A stretch of DNA of 64,000 nt from an uncultured Gammaproteobacteria bacterium (GCA_964194715.1 CAXMNA010000126.1:5570-69569); one strand, 5' to 3'. Positions 1-11,439 are shown, numbered from the stretch's first letter. Notes: generated by a model not told the origin, from the letters alone. Program-made: numbers and translations.

Positions 1-1963
1 CACCGCATGGGTCGCTAGCAGCATTGCTGGGGGGAACATGAACGGCGATGTCGCCACGCTACAGGCGCTCCTCAATGAAGCTACTGCAAATATGGAGAGC
101 AAACAACCAGCACAGAGCGCAGGGCAATCCAATAGCTCGGATGCGCTTGCGGTATTGCAGGCACTCGGAGAAGACATCGGGCTCGATGACGAAGACGAAA
201 TACTACATCCTGACCAGGCATTCATCCTGTCCGCACGACTTGCTGCCAATAACGTCATTCAAACCAACATCCTGATGGCCGACAGTATTTACCTGTATCG
301 CGACAAGATAAAAATCGCACTGGTAAATGGTGAAGGCCATGTGCTCGGCGCAATTTCCGTACCCCGGGGTAAAATGAAGAATGACGAGTTCCTGGGTCCC
401 AGTGAAGTTATTTATGACCAGGTTAACGTTTCGATACCCGTCATTTCGGAGGCCAATGCCAGTGATAAAATGACACTGTCCTATCAATACCAGGGCTGCG
501 TAGAAGAGCGCATCTGCTATCCACCGATAACCAAGTACCTGGCTGTCAACGCGACCGAAGGTTTGATAATGGTAGGGCACGAAATCGGGGCTACTAGTGG
601 CACCAACCAGGATACGGGTAGTGCACAAATCGGGGCAAACCAGGCACCCATTTCGGAACAGGATCAGTTCACCCAATTTCTAAAGGACAAGAGTCTGTTG
701 GTAGTCATAGGCCTATTTTTCATTGCAGGCATCGGACTTACCTTTACTCCCTGTGTATTTCCAATGATTCCGATACTTTCCAGCATCATTGCCGGCCAGG
801 GAGAATCGATAACAACACTAAAGGCATTTTCTCTGTCGCTAATTTACGTACTGGCAATGGCAGTTACCTACGCTGCAGCAGGTGCTGTTGCAGGTTATTA
901 CGGTAACGAATTTAATATCCAGATCTGGTTCCAGGATCCAATAGTCCTTAGCGTGTTTGCCGCGGTGTTCGTGTTGCTGGCGCTTTCGATGTTCGGCTTC
1001 TACGAACTGCAGCTGCCTAACGCAATTCAATCACGACTGACCGCAATCAGTAACAGCCAACAGGGTGGAACACTTATCGGCGTGGGCCTGATGGGTATAT
1101 TCTCTGCGATTATTGTCGGCCCCTGTATTACCGCTCCACTGGTAGGAGCACTGTTTTACATAACCCAAACCCAGGACTGGCAACTGGGTGGTCTAGCATT
1201 GTTCGCCTTGGGCATGGGTATGGGCATACCCCTTTTACTAATTGGTACATCAGCAGGAAATATCCTGCCGCGAGCCGGCGCATGGATGGATAGGGTCAAA
1301 TCCGTCTTCGGTATTGTTTTGCTCGGAGTCGCAATCTGGCTGTTGGAGCGCATCCTGCCGGTTGGTGTAACGATGTTATTGGTCGCGGCCTTGCTAATCG
1401 CGTCAGCGATATACCTGGGTGCGCTCGATGCGTTGAGCGAGGCGGCAACTGGCTGGCGGCGTTTTTCCAAGTCCCTCGGATTGTTAGTCCTGATCTATGG
1501 CATCGCCTACCTGATCGGTGCCGCCGCGGGCAGTAATGACCTGATCCAACCGCTACGTGGCATTACCGCCTCAATTAGCAACCCTGGCCAGTCGCAACAC
1601 CTCGCGTTTCGACAGGTCAAGGGTCAACAGGGCTTGCAACTCGCCCTGAATGACTCGGTACAGCAGGCACGCGGCACCATGCTCGATTTTTATGCCGACT
1701 GGTGCATCTCCTGCAAGGAAATGGAAAAGTATGTATTCACGCATCCGAAAGTGCTGGCAGCACTGGAAGGAGTGGCCACCTTGCAAGCGGACGTAACTGA
1801 CAATGACGGGATCGATACTGAACTGATGAGTTCGCTTGGCATTTACGGACCACCGGCGATCCTGTTTTTCGACGCCAATGGCCAGGAGATTCGTAATCGC
1901 CGAGTTGTCGGTGAAATGTCGGGCGAGCGATTTGCGGCTCATATTATCGCAACTTATCAGTGA
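1..1963 (+). CDS. dsbD: Thiol:disulfide interchange protein DsbD (5-prime end probably outside window)
   Basis: The frame is open from nt 2 with no stop before Met38, and there is no signal peptide after Met38, so the start likely lies upstream. It has the nDsbD Cys pair YQGCVEERICYPP, membrane-core Cys in TFTPCVFPMIP and VGPCITAP, and a C-terminal thioredoxin motif WCISC. Confidence 0.88.
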   Translation, partial: TAWVASSIAGGNMNGDVATLQALLNEATANMESKQPAQSAGQSNSSDALAVLQALGEDIGLDDEDEILHPDQAFILSARLAANNVIQTNILMADSIYLYRDKIKIALVNGEGHVLGAISVPRGKMKNDEFLGPSEVIYDQVNVSIPVISEANASDKMTLSYQYQGCVEERICYPPITKYLAVNATEGLIMVGHEIGATSGTNQDTGSAQIGANQAPISEQDQFTQFLKDKSLLVVIGLFFIAGIGLTFTPCVFPMIPILSSIIAGQGESITTLKAFSLSLIYVLAMAVTYAAAGAVAGYYGNEFNIQIWFQDPIVLSVFAAVFVLLALSMFGFYELQLPNAIQSRLTAISNSQQGGTLIGVGLMGIFSAIIVGPCITAPLVGALFYITQTQDWQLGGLALFALGMGMGIPLLLIGTSAGNILPRAGAWMDRVKSVFGIVLLGVAIWLLERILPVGVTMLLVAALLIASAIYLGALDALSEAATGWRRFSKSLGLLVLIYGIAYLIGAAAGSNDLIQPLRGITASISNPGQSQHLAFRQVKGQQGLQLALNDSVQQARGTMLDFYADWCISCKEMEKYVFTHPKVLAALEGVATLQADVTDNDGIDTELMSSLGIYGPPAILFFDANGQEIRNRRVVGEMSGERFAAHIIATYQ

Positions 1964-2496
1964 ACCGTAATTTACTGCAGTTATCCGCCATTGGCCTGGT
2001 TTCGATGCTGGCCGGGGTGCTGTTATTTAACTTGCTGCAATCCGATACGCCAAAAAAGGAATCCGTGGCAACAGAAACCCTGATCGATTTACATTCGATT
2101 CCGCTGTTCGACTTAACCGGCCAGCAAACCACTGTCGGTGACTGGAAAGGCAATATTCTGATTGTCAACTTCTGGGCACCCTGGTGCGCACCCTGCCGGC
2201 GCGAAGTGCCCACCCTGATTAAGTTTCACCGGGACTATGCGCAACGGGGTGTTCGCGTATTAGGCATTGCCTACGATAGCGAACCACAGGTAAGTCGATT
2301 CGCCGCTGAATATCAAATCAACTACCCGATGTTCCTGGCAGGAAATCGAACCGCGATGTATAACGCTGCTTTCGGCAACAAGAGCGGTAGCCTGCCATTT
2401 ACCGCCTTGCTGGATCGAAACCACCGCATCCTGTTCCAGCACAGTGGAGAGCTCACTGCGAGCCAACTACGCGAACAACTTGAAGCTTTATTATGA
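1960..2496 (+). CDS. TlpA/ResA-like periplasmic thiol:disulfide oxidoreductase
   Basis: N-terminal membrane anchor and thioredoxin motif FWAPWCAPC. The GTG start overlaps the dsbD stop (GTGA). Confidence 0.8.
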   Translation: MNRNLLQLSAIGLVSMLAGVLLFNLLQSDTPKKESVATETLIDLHSIPLFDLTGQQTTVGDWKGNILIVNFWAPWCAPCRREVPTLIKFHRDYAQRGVRVLGIAYDSEPQVSRFAAEYQINYPMFLAGNRTAMYNAAFGNKSGSLPFTALLDRNHRILFQHSGELTASQLREQLEALL

Positions 2497-2634
2497 GTCT
2501 TTGATGCGGCACCCTAATTATTCGAAACTGTCGGTAACTTCGCCAATATAGCGCTTATCTCGCAAAAACTGGACTCTATCTGGTCGATATGTGAAAATCC
2601 TGGGATTCTGCTTCCCGACTTGGAAAAGTCCCAA

Positions 2635-3096
2635 ATGACGAACATTCTAGTCATACATGGCCCTAACTTGAACCTGCTAGGAACCCGTGAACCCGACGTT
2701 TACGGGGCCGAAACACTCGATGCCATCAACCAGAGCCTGACTCAAATGGCGGAACAAAACGATGTGAATTTGCAGACATACCAGTCCAACACAGAGGGCA
2801 ATATCGTCAGCTGTATTCAACAGGCGGAAATCAAAGACATTAATTTCATCATCATCAACCCGGCGGCCTACACGCACACCAGCATCGCGATTCGAGATGC
2901 ATTTCTGGCATCTCGAATACCGTTTATCGAAGTTCACCTGTCAAATGTCTATGCCCGGGAAGAATTCAGAATGCACTCTTACCTTTCCGATCTCGCGGTT
3001 GGTGTCATTAGCGGATTTGGGAAAAATAGTTATTTGCTGGCGTTCGAAGCGGCCATCATCCATTGCAAGCAATCCTCAAACCAGAGAACCGAATAA
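2635..3096 (+). CDS. aroQ: 3-dehydroquinate dehydratase, type II
   Basis: The N-terminus [17 protein letters not shown] is typical of type II DHQase. ATG 2635 is preferred over the TTG 2620 start of the ORF track. Confidence 0.92.
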   Translation: MTNILVIHGPNLNLLGTREPDVYGAETLDAINQSLTQMAEQNDVNLQTYQSNTEGNIVSCIQQAEIKDINFIIINPAAYTHTSIAIRDAFLASRIPFIEVHLSNVYAREEFRMHSYLSDLAVGVISGFGKNSYLLAFEAAIIHCKQSSNQRTE

Positions 3097-3543
3097 ATGG
3101 ATATTCGCAAAGTAAAAAAATTAATCGAGTTACTCGAACAATCCGGTATCGCCGAGCTAGAAATTAAAGAGGGCGAGGAATCGGTTAGAATCAGTCGTCA
3201 GATGTCGGCTGCTGTTCAAAGTATCGTACCGGCCGGCGCCGCGTTCGCACCACCAGCCCCGCCCGCGACCGCCGCGCCTGCTGCAGCAGAGGTTGCCGAG
3301 GAAATGGGTAGGCACCAGGTAAAATCGCCGATGGTGGGCACCTTTTATCTCGCTGCCTCCCCTACATCCGGGCCATTTGTAACCCCGGGTCAACAGGTAA
3401 ACATCGGTGATACCTTGTGCATCATCGAGGCGATGAAGATGATGAACCAGATCGAAGCTGACAAGGCTGGCAAAATACGCTCCATCATGGTTGAAAACGG
3501 TAGCCCGGTCGAATTCGACCAAGTTCTGTTTATTATCGAGTAA
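3097..3543 (+). CDS. accB: Biotin carboxyl carrier protein of acetyl-CoA carboxylase
   Basis: Biotinylation motif EAMKMMN and a Pro/Ala-rich linker. The ATG directly follows the aroQ stop. Confidence 0.95.
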   Translation: MDIRKVKKLIELLEQSGIAELEIKEGEESVRISRQMSAAVQSIVPAGAAFAPPAPPATAAPAAAEVAEEMGRHQVKSPMVGTFYLAASPTSGPFVTPGQQVNIGDTLCIIEAMKMMNQIEADKAGKIRSIMVENGSPVEFDQVLFIIE

Positions 3544-3562
3544 TCCAGCGGGAGCCCACCAG

Positions 3563-4906
3563 ATGCTGGAAAAAATTGTTATCGCCAATCGTGGTGAAAT
3601 CGCACTTCGTATCCTGCGCGCCTGCCGCGAAATGGATATCAAGACAGTTGCAGTACATTCGACCGCTGATCGTGATCTTAAACACGTAAGACTTGCCGAC
3701 GAATCGGTTTGCATCGGCCCGGCTTCATCATTGGAAAGCTACCTTAATATCCCGGCCCTGATTTGTGCTGCCGAATTGACCAATGCCGATGGTATTCATC
3801 CAGGATATGGTTTTCTTTCCGAAAATGCCGAATTTGCGGAGCAGGTCGAATCAAGCGGATTCAAATTCATCGGGCCCAGCGCCTCCGCAATCCGCACCAT
3901 GGGCGATAAAGTCGCCGCGATCAAAGCGATGAAATCAGCGGGCGTACCAACTGTGCCGGGCTCGGATGGCCCACTTGGAGAAAACAAGGATAAAAATCTG
4001 GAGATGGGTCGCAAGATCGGATACCCGGTAATAATCAAGGCCGCCGGTGGTGGCGGTGGGCGCGGCATGCGCGTGGTCCACGCCGAGGGAAGCCTGTTAA
4101 ATTCGATTCAGCTGACCAAGTCGGAGGCGGCGGCGGCTTTTAACAACGACACTGTGTACATGGAAAAATTCCTTGGTGCGCCGCGTCATATTGAAATCCA
4201 GGTACTTGGTGATGCGCATGGTAATGCAATCCATCTGGCAGAGCGTGATTGTTCGATGCAAAGACGTCACCAGAAGGTCGTAGAGGAAGCACCGGCACCC
4301 GGAATTACCGAGGAACAACGCAACAAGATCGGCACACGTTGTGCCACAGCCTGCATTAAAATGGGCTATGAAGGCGCCGGCACTTTTGAATTCCTGTACG
4401 AGAATGGCGAGTTTTATTTCATCGAAATGAATACCCGGGTTCAGGTCGAGCATCCGGTAACCGAAATGATAACCTGGGTTGATATCATCAAGGAACAGAT
4501 CTCGATCGCCTCCGGTAACCCGTTGCGCTATAAACAGGAAGATATTCGTGTGCATGGACATGCGATCGAATGTCGGATCAATGCCGAGGATTCGAAAACA
4601 TTTCTGCCTTCGCCTGGAAAAATTACGCTTTATCACGCGCCCGGTGGCCCCGGAGTACGGATGGACTCGCATATTTACAACGGCTACACGGTACCGCCCT
4701 ACTACGATTCGATGATCGGAAAGTTAATCACCTACGGCGGCACTCGCAAGTCCGCGATAGCCCGTATGAACGGGGCGCTTTCGGAAATCGTAATCGAAGG
4801 CATCAAAACCAACATCGAACTGCAACAAGATATCATTAGCGATGGGAACTTTGCAGTAGGTGGTACCGATATCCATTACCTCGAGAAGAAACTCGGGATT
4901 GATTAG
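3563..4906 (+). CDS. accC: Biotin carboxylase subunit of acetyl-CoA carboxylase
   Basis: [15 protein letters not shown]-terminus and ATP-grasp motifs. The ORF-track start at 3491 overlaps accB and is taken as an artefact. Confidence 0.95.
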   Translation: MLEKIVIANRGEIALRILRACREMDIKTVAVHSTADRDLKHVRLADESVCIGPASSLESYLNIPALICAAELTNADGIHPGYGFLSENAEFAEQVESSGFKFIGPSASAIRTMGDKVAAIKAMKSAGVPTVPGSDGPLGENKDKNLEMGRKIGYPVIIKAAGGGGGRGMRVVHAEGSLLNSIQLTKSEAAAAFNNDTVYMEKFLGAPRHIEIQVLGDAHGNAIHLAERDCSMQRRHQKVVEEAPAPGITEEQRNKIGTRCATACIKMGYEGAGTFEFLYENGEFYFIEMNTRVQVEHPVTEMITWVDIIKEQISIASGNPLRYKQEDIRVHGHAIECRINAEDSKTFLPSPGKITLYHAPGGPGVRMDSHIYNGYTVPPYYDSMIGKLITYGGTRKSAIARMNGALSEIVIEGIKTNIELQQDIISDGNFAVGGTDIHYLEKKLGID

Positions 4907-4914
4907 TGCTCACG

Positions 4915-5796
4915 ATGACATGGTGGCAGTTCAGCCTAAATTGTCAGGCATCCGAACTTGAACAGGTCGAAAACCTGATGCTGGAGCTTGGCGCACACAG
5001 CATCTCACTAAGCGACGCCGGTGACGAACCGATCTATGAGCCTCTCCCGGGCGATAATCCAGTCTGGGGGGAATCAATTGTTACCGCAACCTTCGATGCC
5101 GAATCCGACGTCAAACTACTTTACCAGCAGTTGACCAGCAAGTTGCCGGACCATCTGGCAGACAGAGTTCGACAAAAGACCTTGCAAGACCAGGACTGGG
5201 ATCAAGCTTACAAGCAACATTTTCAACCACTGCAATGCGCTCCCGACCTCTGGATAGTGCCGAGCTGGTCGGAACCTCCGGATCCTGCAGCAACCTTTAT
5301 CCAGCTCGATCCAGGCCTTGCATTCGGTACTGGAAGCCATCCAACGACGGCGCTATGCTTGGCCTGGCTGGGCTCAAGCGATCTTAAGGATATCCAGGTT
5401 ATCGACTTCGGTTGTGGCTCGGGTATCCTAGCAATTGCGGCGATAAAGCTTGGTGCGAAACACGCAACTGCGGTAGATATAGACGCACAGGCCGTTACCG
5501 CCTGTAAATCAAACGTGAAGGTGAATGCAATCAAGCCAGACCAGATACAGGTTGGTTGTCCCGAGATTATCGAAACATCAGGGGTGAATCTGCTAATCGC
5601 CAACATTCTCGCTGGACCGCTTGTCGATCTCGCGCCCCGGTTCGCAGATTTGGTCAAGCCCGGTGGTCAAATATTGCTTTCGGGAATACTCAAAACACAG
5701 CTGGAAGATATACAATTGTCATATAAACCCTATTTTGAACTCGATTCAGCCAGTTACCGCGACGACTGGGTATGTGTCAGCGGTAAAAGACTCTAA
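4915..5796 (+). CDS. prmA: Ribosomal protein L11 methyltransferase
   Basis: SAM-binding motif VIDFGCGSGILA and the conserved position after accC. ATG 4915 (MTWWQF) is preferred; GTG 4906 is possible. Confidence 0.9.
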   Translation: MTWWQFSLNCQASELEQVENLMLELGAHSISLSDAGDEPIYEPLPGDNPVWGESIVTATFDAESDVKLLYQQLTSKLPDHLADRVRQKTLQDQDWDQAYKQHFQPLQCAPDLWIVPSWSEPPDPAATFIQLDPGLAFGTGSHPTTALCLAWLGSSDLKDIQVIDFGCGSGILAIAAIKLGAKHATAVDIDAQAVTACKSNVKVNAIKPDQIQVGCPEIIETSGVNLLIANILAGPLVDLAPRFADLVKPGGQILLSGILKTQLEDIQLSYKPYFELDSASYRDDWVCVSGKRL

Positions 5797-5836
5797 CAGG
5801 CGATTAATGTTTAGCAGTACACATCTAGGTGAAGTG

Positions 5837-6601
5837 ATGGAAACCACCTGCCCCGAATGCAAGAGCCGGTTTCGCCTTACCGAAAGACAATTGAAACAAG
5901 CCTATGGTAAGGTTCGCTGCGGGGAATGCGGCAACGTGTTCGATGCGCTGACTGTTTTGAAGAACTATGAAGGGGAGTTACCGCCAGATTACCCGGAACA
6001 ATTTGAAGACGAGTATTCAGAGCAGGAAATGACCTTGCCGGTAACTGACTATGAACTGGCAACCGATTTTGAGCGAAGGCAAGACCTTAGTTTGCACGAA
6101 GCCATGTATGGTACTGAACGCCGGCCTTTTTTTATGTTTGGACCCCTGACCTGGCTAATCGGGATTTTACTATTGAGCGCAGTGGTTATCGCCCAGGCGA
6201 TTTATTACCAGCGTTACCAGCTGATTGAAAATCCGCGTTATCAACAACAGGTGATCGCCCTGTGCCGGGTTTTACCCTGCGCCGAGTCAGACTTCTCCAG
6301 TTCCGAGCAAATCCGCCTGCTGGAACGTAACGTTTTCACCCATCCGGCGACAACCAATGCACTCATGGTGACAGGATCTTTTGTCAATCAGGCGCCCTTT
6401 ACCCAAAAATTACCCGACTTGTTGATCAGCCTGTTTGATGTCAAAGGCAAGTTGATCGCGAACCGTCTCTTCACACCTCCCGAGTATTTATCAGAGGATA
6501 AAAATCGCGGTGTCATGAAACCTGGATTTCCAGTCCAGTTTCGACTAGAAATCGTTGATCCCGGGACCGATGCGTTGACCTATGAATTTGAATTTTTCTA
6601 A
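5837..6601 (+). CDS. Zinc-ribbon membrane protein (MJ0042-type finger plus DUF3426-like C-terminal domain)
   Basis: N-terminal CPECKSRF...CGECGNVF double CxxC, one TM helix and a beta-rich C-terminus. ATG 5837 is preceded by AGGTGA. Confidence 0.7.
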   Translation: METTCPECKSRFRLTERQLKQAYGKVRCGECGNVFDALTVLKNYEGELPPDYPEQFEDEYSEQEMTLPVTDYELATDFERRQDLSLHEAMYGTERRPFFMFGPLTWLIGILLLSAVVIAQAIYYQRYQLIENPRYQQQVIALCRVLPCAESDFSSSEQIRLLERNVFTHPATTNALMVTGSFVNQAPFTQKLPDLLISLFDVKGKLIANRLFTPPEYLSEDKNRGVMKPGFPVQFRLEIVDPGTDALTYEFEFF

Positions 6602-6748
6602 CTTGATTCGCTTTTTTACAAATAAGTCACATTAATACCGGCATCGAAATATACTGGTATCTGCATGTTGAAACTCGGGGTATATTGCGCTGCTTTGGGT
6701 TGTTCCGACAGCGCTTGTTATCTTCAAGGATTGGTTAAGCTCTAAAAT

Positions 6749-8524
6749 ATGAAGTTTCAGTTTCAACTCACTAAGTACTTTCCGTTTATACGCTGGGGCA
6801 GAAACATGACCCGCAGCAGTGTGCATGCGGATGTCATGGCAGGACTAGTCGGGGCTGCTATCGTGTTGCCACAGGGCGTGGCGTTTGCCGCGATTGCCGG
6901 CATGCCCCCAGAGTACGGACTGTACACCAGTATGGTGCCGGCGGTCATTGCGGCCCTGTTCGGTTCTTCCTGGCACCTGGTTTCCGGACCGACTACCGCT
7001 GCTTCACTTATCATGTTTGCCTCTTTGAGCGGCATTGCCACACCCGGAAGCGAACAGTATGTCGCACTGGCAATCACGCTGGCGTTTATGGTCGGCACAA
7101 TGCAGCTGGTCATGGGCCTGGTGCGCATGGGTGCGCTGGTCAATTTCATATCCAACTCGGTGATTGTCGGATTCACCGCGGGCGCTGCCTGCCTGATTGC
7201 GGCCAAACAGGCGCAGGAATTTATCGGTGTCGATTTGCCCACAGGCTCACACCTGGTCGAGTCCATTGAGTATCTCTGGTCAAACCTGGACCATTCTCAT
7301 CCACTGGGAATGGTGGCCGGGCTTATTACCCTGTGCACGGGGATTCTTGCCCAGCGTCGCCTCGGCGGCATGAGCATGATTGCCGCGCTTTTGGCCGGCA
7401 GCCTGGCAACGCTACTATTCAACCTGATTTTCGGGGAGAAATTTGTCGGCGTTCACATGGTGGGAGCACTCCCCCAGACTTTGCCACCATTATCGCTACC
7501 GGTGTTTTCGTTCGAAACCTTTCGCCAGCTTTCTCCGCTTGCGCTGGCGATGACCCTGTTTGCGCTGACCGAGGCCGTTTCCATCGCCCGGTCTATTTCG
7601 ACACGTTCCGGCCAGTCGCTCGATGGCAGCCAGGAATTTATCGGTCAGGGATTATCCAATATATTCGGCAGTTTCTTTTCGTGCTATGTTGCCACCGGGT
7701 CGTTTAACCGCAGCGGCGCCAACTACGATGCCGGGGCGCGCAGTCCGTTGGCGGCAATACTGGCCGGAATTCTGTTGGTCGCGATTGTATTACTGGTCGC
7801 ACCCTATACTACCTATCTCCCCAAACCTGCCGTTGCAGGATTATTGTTTCTGGTCGCATGGCGGTTAATTAATTTCAGCCAGATACGAAAAATTTTACGT
7901 GCTGACAAAAACGAAGCCGTGATATTGGGGGTCGTATTTTTTGGCACACTTTTTTTCTCGATCGAATTTGCCATCTTGACAGGTGTTATTCTTTCGCTGA
8001 TGACATACCTGCGTAAAACTTCACGTCCCAGATTATCGCCCCGGGTACCCGACCCGGAGTCAAGAACCCGTAAATTCATCTTCGGAAAATTCCTGCCCGA
8101 ATGTCCCCAGCTCAAGATACTGCGCATCGATGACTCGCTTTATTTCGGCTCGGTGGCACATGTGGGTGAATTACTGCGTCGCTACCGGGAACACTATTCA
8201 GAGCAAAAACATTTATTCCTGTTAACCAAGGGTATCGCCCAGGTAGATGTCGCCGGTGCCGAACTGATTGTCAACGAGGCACGTGAACGACGCAAGATCG
8301 GAGGCGATCTATACATGTACCGACTCAGGGATACCGCGTCAAAGGTATTTGATCGTGGCGGTTATCGTGATGAAATTGGCGAAACCAATATATTCGACTC
8401 CAAGGAGGAAGCGATTCCTGTAATATTTGACCGTCTCGATAAAAGTATCTGTGCGACTTGTGAAGCTCGCATCTTTCTCGAATGCAAGTCAATCAAGAAG
8501 ACAGTCGCAGATCCGGAGATATAA
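6749..8524 (+). CDS. SulP-family anion (sulfate/bicarbonate) permease with C-terminal STAS domain
   Basis: N-terminal FPFIRW...ADVMAGLVGAAIVLPQGVAFA, multiple TM segments and a STAS-like C-terminal region. Confidence 0.88.
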   Translation: MKFQFQLTKYFPFIRWGRNMTRSSVHADVMAGLVGAAIVLPQGVAFAAIAGMPPEYGLYTSMVPAVIAALFGSSWHLVSGPTTAASLIMFASLSGIATPGSEQYVALAITLAFMVGTMQLVMGLVRMGALVNFISNSVIVGFTAGAACLIAAKQAQEFIGVDLPTGSHLVESIEYLWSNLDHSHPLGMVAGLITLCTGILAQRRLGGMSMIAALLAGSLATLLFNLIFGEKFVGVHMVGALPQTLPPLSLPVFSFETFRQLSPLALAMTLFALTEAVSIARSISTRSGQSLDGSQEFIGQGLSNIFGSFFSCYVATGSFNRSGANYDAGARSPLAAILAGILLVAIVLLVAPYTTYLPKPAVAGLLFLVAWRLINFSQIRKILRADKNEAVILGVVFFGTLFFSIEFAILTGVILSLMTYLRKTSRPRLSPRVPDPESRTRKFIFGKFLPECPQLKILRIDDSLYFGSVAHVGELLRRYREHYSEQKHLFLLTKGIAQVDVAGAELIVNEARERRKIGGDLYMYRLRDTASKVFDRGGYRDEIGETNIFDSKEEAIPVIFDRLDKSICATCEARIFLECKSIKKTVADPEI

Positions 8525-8529
8525 GCGAC

Positions 8530-9525
8530 GTGTCATTTGCGATAGGTCCGTATAAATTTGACAACCGTCTGGTTCTCGCACCGATGGCCGGAGTCACCGA
8601 TCGCCCATTTCGCCAAATGTGTCGGTGCCTTGGTGCCGGCATGACCGTATCCGAAATGATCAGCAGTCGGCCCGACCTGCGTAACAGTCGCAAGACTCAA
8701 TTGCGGATGGACCATCAGGGTGAACCAGGGCCGGTTATTGTTCAAATTGCAGGGGGATGCCCGCAGATGATGGCGCAAGCAGCAATCTACAATGTCGAGC
8801 ATGGCGCACAGATCATAGATATCAACATGGGCTGTCCAGCCAAGAAGGTGTGCAAGGTTGATGCGGGTTCCGCATTACTCAAAGACAGCAAGCTGGTCGA
8901 ATCTATTTTACGCGCAGTAGTGGACGCGGTTGCGGTACCGGTAACGCTTAAAATACGCACTGGTTGGGCGCGCAGTCACAAGAACGCACTCGACATTGCT
9001 GCTATTGCCGAGGCTTGCGGAATTCAGGCACTGACCATTCATGGACGCACGCGTGAAGACAAATACTTGGGTTCGGCCGAGTACGAGACCATTCGTCGTG
9101 TCAAAAACAATCTTCGGATTCCGGTAATCGCTAACGGCGACATCGATTCTGTTAAAAAAGCAAAAATGGTCATGGACTTCACAGCTGCTGATGCTATTAT
9201 GGTCGGCCGTATCGCGCAGCAGCGTCCGTGGATATTTGGTCAGATTGAGCACTATCTGAGCACCGGCATCGAGCCCAAAGAACCCTCGGACGAATTAAAA
9301 CAAGCGTGGTTAAAAAACCATTTAAACAATCTGTACGCGTTTTACGGAGAGCATCAGGGGGTGCAGATCGCGCGTAAGCATATTAACTGGCAGCTTGGCC
9401 AAAATAATAACTATGACACTGTCAAGCCCTTGCTAATGCAGGCACGAACAGCGGCACAGCAGCTGGAAACGATCGAAGCTTACTTTGACGACTGCTACCT
9501 GAAGAGCTATGACAGGGCATCCTGA
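8530..9525 (+). CDS. dusB: tRNA-dihydrouridine synthase B
   Basis: VLAPMAGVTDRPFR and Dus TIM-barrel motifs. GTG 8530 with GGAGA 11 nt upstream is preferred. The ORF-track ATG 8482 would overlap the SulP gene by 43 nt. Confidence 0.9.
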   Translation: MSFAIGPYKFDNRLVLAPMAGVTDRPFRQMCRCLGAGMTVSEMISSRPDLRNSRKTQLRMDHQGEPGPVIVQIAGGCPQMMAQAAIYNVEHGAQIIDINMGCPAKKVCKVDAGSALLKDSKLVESILRAVVDAVAVPVTLKIRTGWARSHKNALDIAAIAEACGIQALTIHGRTREDKYLGSAEYETIRRVKNNLRIPVIANGDIDSVKKAKMVMDFTAADAIMVGRIAQQRPWIFGQIEHYLSTGIEPKEPSDELKQAWLKNHLNNLYAFYGEHQGVQIARKHINWQLGQNNNYDTVKPLLMQARTAAQQLETIEAYFDDCYLKSYDRAS

Positions 9526-9557
9526 AGAGTGCCCGCGGCGCAACGTGGTTAGTAAGT

Positions 9558-9806
9558 GTGGTAAAAAAGAAAAATACAAGCTTATTGCAACAATCGGTAG
9601 AAACGGCGATTCGTAAATATCTAGACGATCTTGACGGCGAATTGCCCTGCAACCTGTTCGACACCGTAATTTCAGAAATTGAACAGCCGATGCTGAAGAC
9701 TGTGCTTCGGCATTGCGATAACAACCAGTCTAGAACTGCATCATGTCTTGGAATCAACCGCGGCACCTTGCGTAAAAAACTTAGGCAATATCATATCGAA
9801 CATTAA
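9558..9806 (+). CDS. fis: DNA-binding protein Fis
   Basis: C-terminal helix-turn-helix QSRTASCLGINRGTLRKKL and the classic dusB-fis arrangement. GTG start. Confidence 0.88.
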   Translation: MVKKKNTSLLQQSVETAIRKYLDDLDGELPCNLFDTVISEIEQPMLKTVLRHCDNNQSRTASCLGINRGTLRKKLRQYHIEH

Positions 9807-9866
9807 TACTGGCGGTATCTCAATCGGCTATAATGCCGTCTTTTTCAATACCGATACGGACCCAAT

Positions 9867-11423
9867 ATGCCCCAAGCTATTCGCCGCGCGCTAATCAGCG
9901 TCTCAGATAAATCCGGCATCGTCGAACTGGCTCAGAATCTTGATAATAAAGGCGTCGAATTGCTCTCTACCGGTGGCACCGCCAAATTGATCGCCAATCA
10001 GGGAATAGCGGTAACCGAGATCTCCGATTACACGGGCTTTCCTGAAATGATGGCGGGTCGCGTCAAGACATTGCATCCCAAGGTTCACGGCGGCATTCTT
10101 GGACGTCGTGGAATCGACGACGCGATTATGCAGGAACACGACATCGCACCGATTGACCTGGTGGTGATCAACCTTTACCCATTCCAGCAAACTGTCGCTA
10201 ATCCCGATTGCAGTCTCGAAGATGCGATCGAAAATATTGATATCGGTGGCCCCGCAATGGTGCGCGCAGCGGCCAAGAACCATGCCAGCGTAACCGTCGT
10301 GGTAGACCCTGAAGATTACGCACCATTGTTGCAGGAAATGGAAGAGAACGGCGCGGTTAACGATGAGACCAGATTTTCGTTGGCGATTAAGGCTTACGAA
10401 CATACCGCGCAATATGACGGAGCGATCGCAAATTACTTCGGCCACATGGTGCAAAAATCCGAAGATCAGGCTTTTCCACGCACCTTAAACCTGCAGTTTC
10501 AACATGCACTATCGATGCGTTACGGCGAAAACCCGCATCAGGCTGCGGCCTTTTATATCGCTCACGGTGACCGCGAGCCGAGTGTTGCCAGCGCCAAACA
10601 GATTCAAGGGAAAGCGCTATCGTTTAACAACATTGCCGATACTGACGCTGCACTGGAATGTGTTAAACAGTTTGAAACGCCGTGCTGCGTAATTGTCAAA
10701 CATGCAAATCCCTGCGGAGTCGCGCTTGCGGATAACATCCACGACGCTTACCAGCGTGCATTCAGCACCGATCCGGAATCTGCGTTCGGCGGTATAATTG
10801 CTGTCAATCGCGTCCTCGATGCCAGCACTGCAAAAGCAATTGTCGAGCAACAATTCGTCGAAGTAATTATCGCTCCAAAGATAGATGATGAGGCAATCAA
10901 CGTGGTTGCGAGTAAAGAAAATGTGCGCCTGCTCTGCTGCGGACAATGGGATAGTGCGGCAACCCGGTTTGATTACAAGCATGTCAACGGCGGCATCCTG
11001 GTACAGGACGCCGACCAGGCGCTTTACCAGAACCTCGAAGTGGTAAGCGAGGTCAAACCTGATGACCAGCAGATGCAGGATATGGTATTTGCCTGGCAGG
11101 TAGCCAAGTTTGTCAAATCAAACGCCATTGTTTATGCGCACGACAGCATGACTATCGGCGTCGGTGCCGGACAGATGTCACGTATTAATAGTGCGCGCAT
11201 CGCTGCAATCAAAGCTGAACATGCTGAACTCGAAGTAACAGGCTCGGTAATGGCCTCGGATGCATTTTTCCCGTTTCGGGATGGCATCGATGCCGCCAAT
11301 GAGGTTGGTATCCGTGCGGTAATCCAACCCGGTGGATCGATGCGTGACGACGAAGTCATAGCAGCGGCCAATAAGTATGGTATGGCGATGGTTTTCACCG
11401 GAATGCGGCATTTTCGGCACTAG
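9867..11423 (+). CDS. purH: Bifunctional AICAR transformylase / IMP cyclohydrolase
   Basis: Full-length match in motif pattern: [26 protein letters not shown]-terminal FTGMRHFRH. Confidence 0.95.
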   Translation: MPQAIRRALISVSDKSGIVELAQNLDNKGVELLSTGGTAKLIANQGIAVTEISDYTGFPEMMAGRVKTLHPKVHGGILGRRGIDDAIMQEHDIAPIDLVVINLYPFQQTVANPDCSLEDAIENIDIGGPAMVRAAAKNHASVTVVVDPEDYAPLLQEMEENGAVNDETRFSLAIKAYEHTAQYDGAIANYFGHMVQKSEDQAFPRTLNLQFQHALSMRYGENPHQAAAFYIAHGDREPSVASAKQIQGKALSFNNIADTDAALECVKQFETPCCVIVKHANPCGVALADNIHDAYQRAFSTDPESAFGGIIAVNRVLDASTAKAIVEQQFVEVIIAPKIDDEAINVVASKENVRLLCCGQWDSAATRFDYKHVNGGILVQDADQALYQNLEVVSEVKPDDQQMQDMVFAWQVAKFVKSNAIVYAHDSMTIGVGAGQMSRINSARIAAIKAEHAELEVTGSVMASDAFFPFRDGIDAANEVGIRAVIQPGGSMRDDEVIAAANKYGMAMVFTGMRHFRH

Positions 11424-11439
11424 TGTTAGGTGTGACACG

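Noticed and set aside
3491-3562. An upstream extension of accC overlapping accB. The same kind of extension occurs at 11377..11439 for purD, 43788..43898 for the rhodanese and 63132..63176 for trmD.
   Set aside because: In each case a canonical family N-terminus with an ATG lies downstream, and the extension overlaps the preceding gene.
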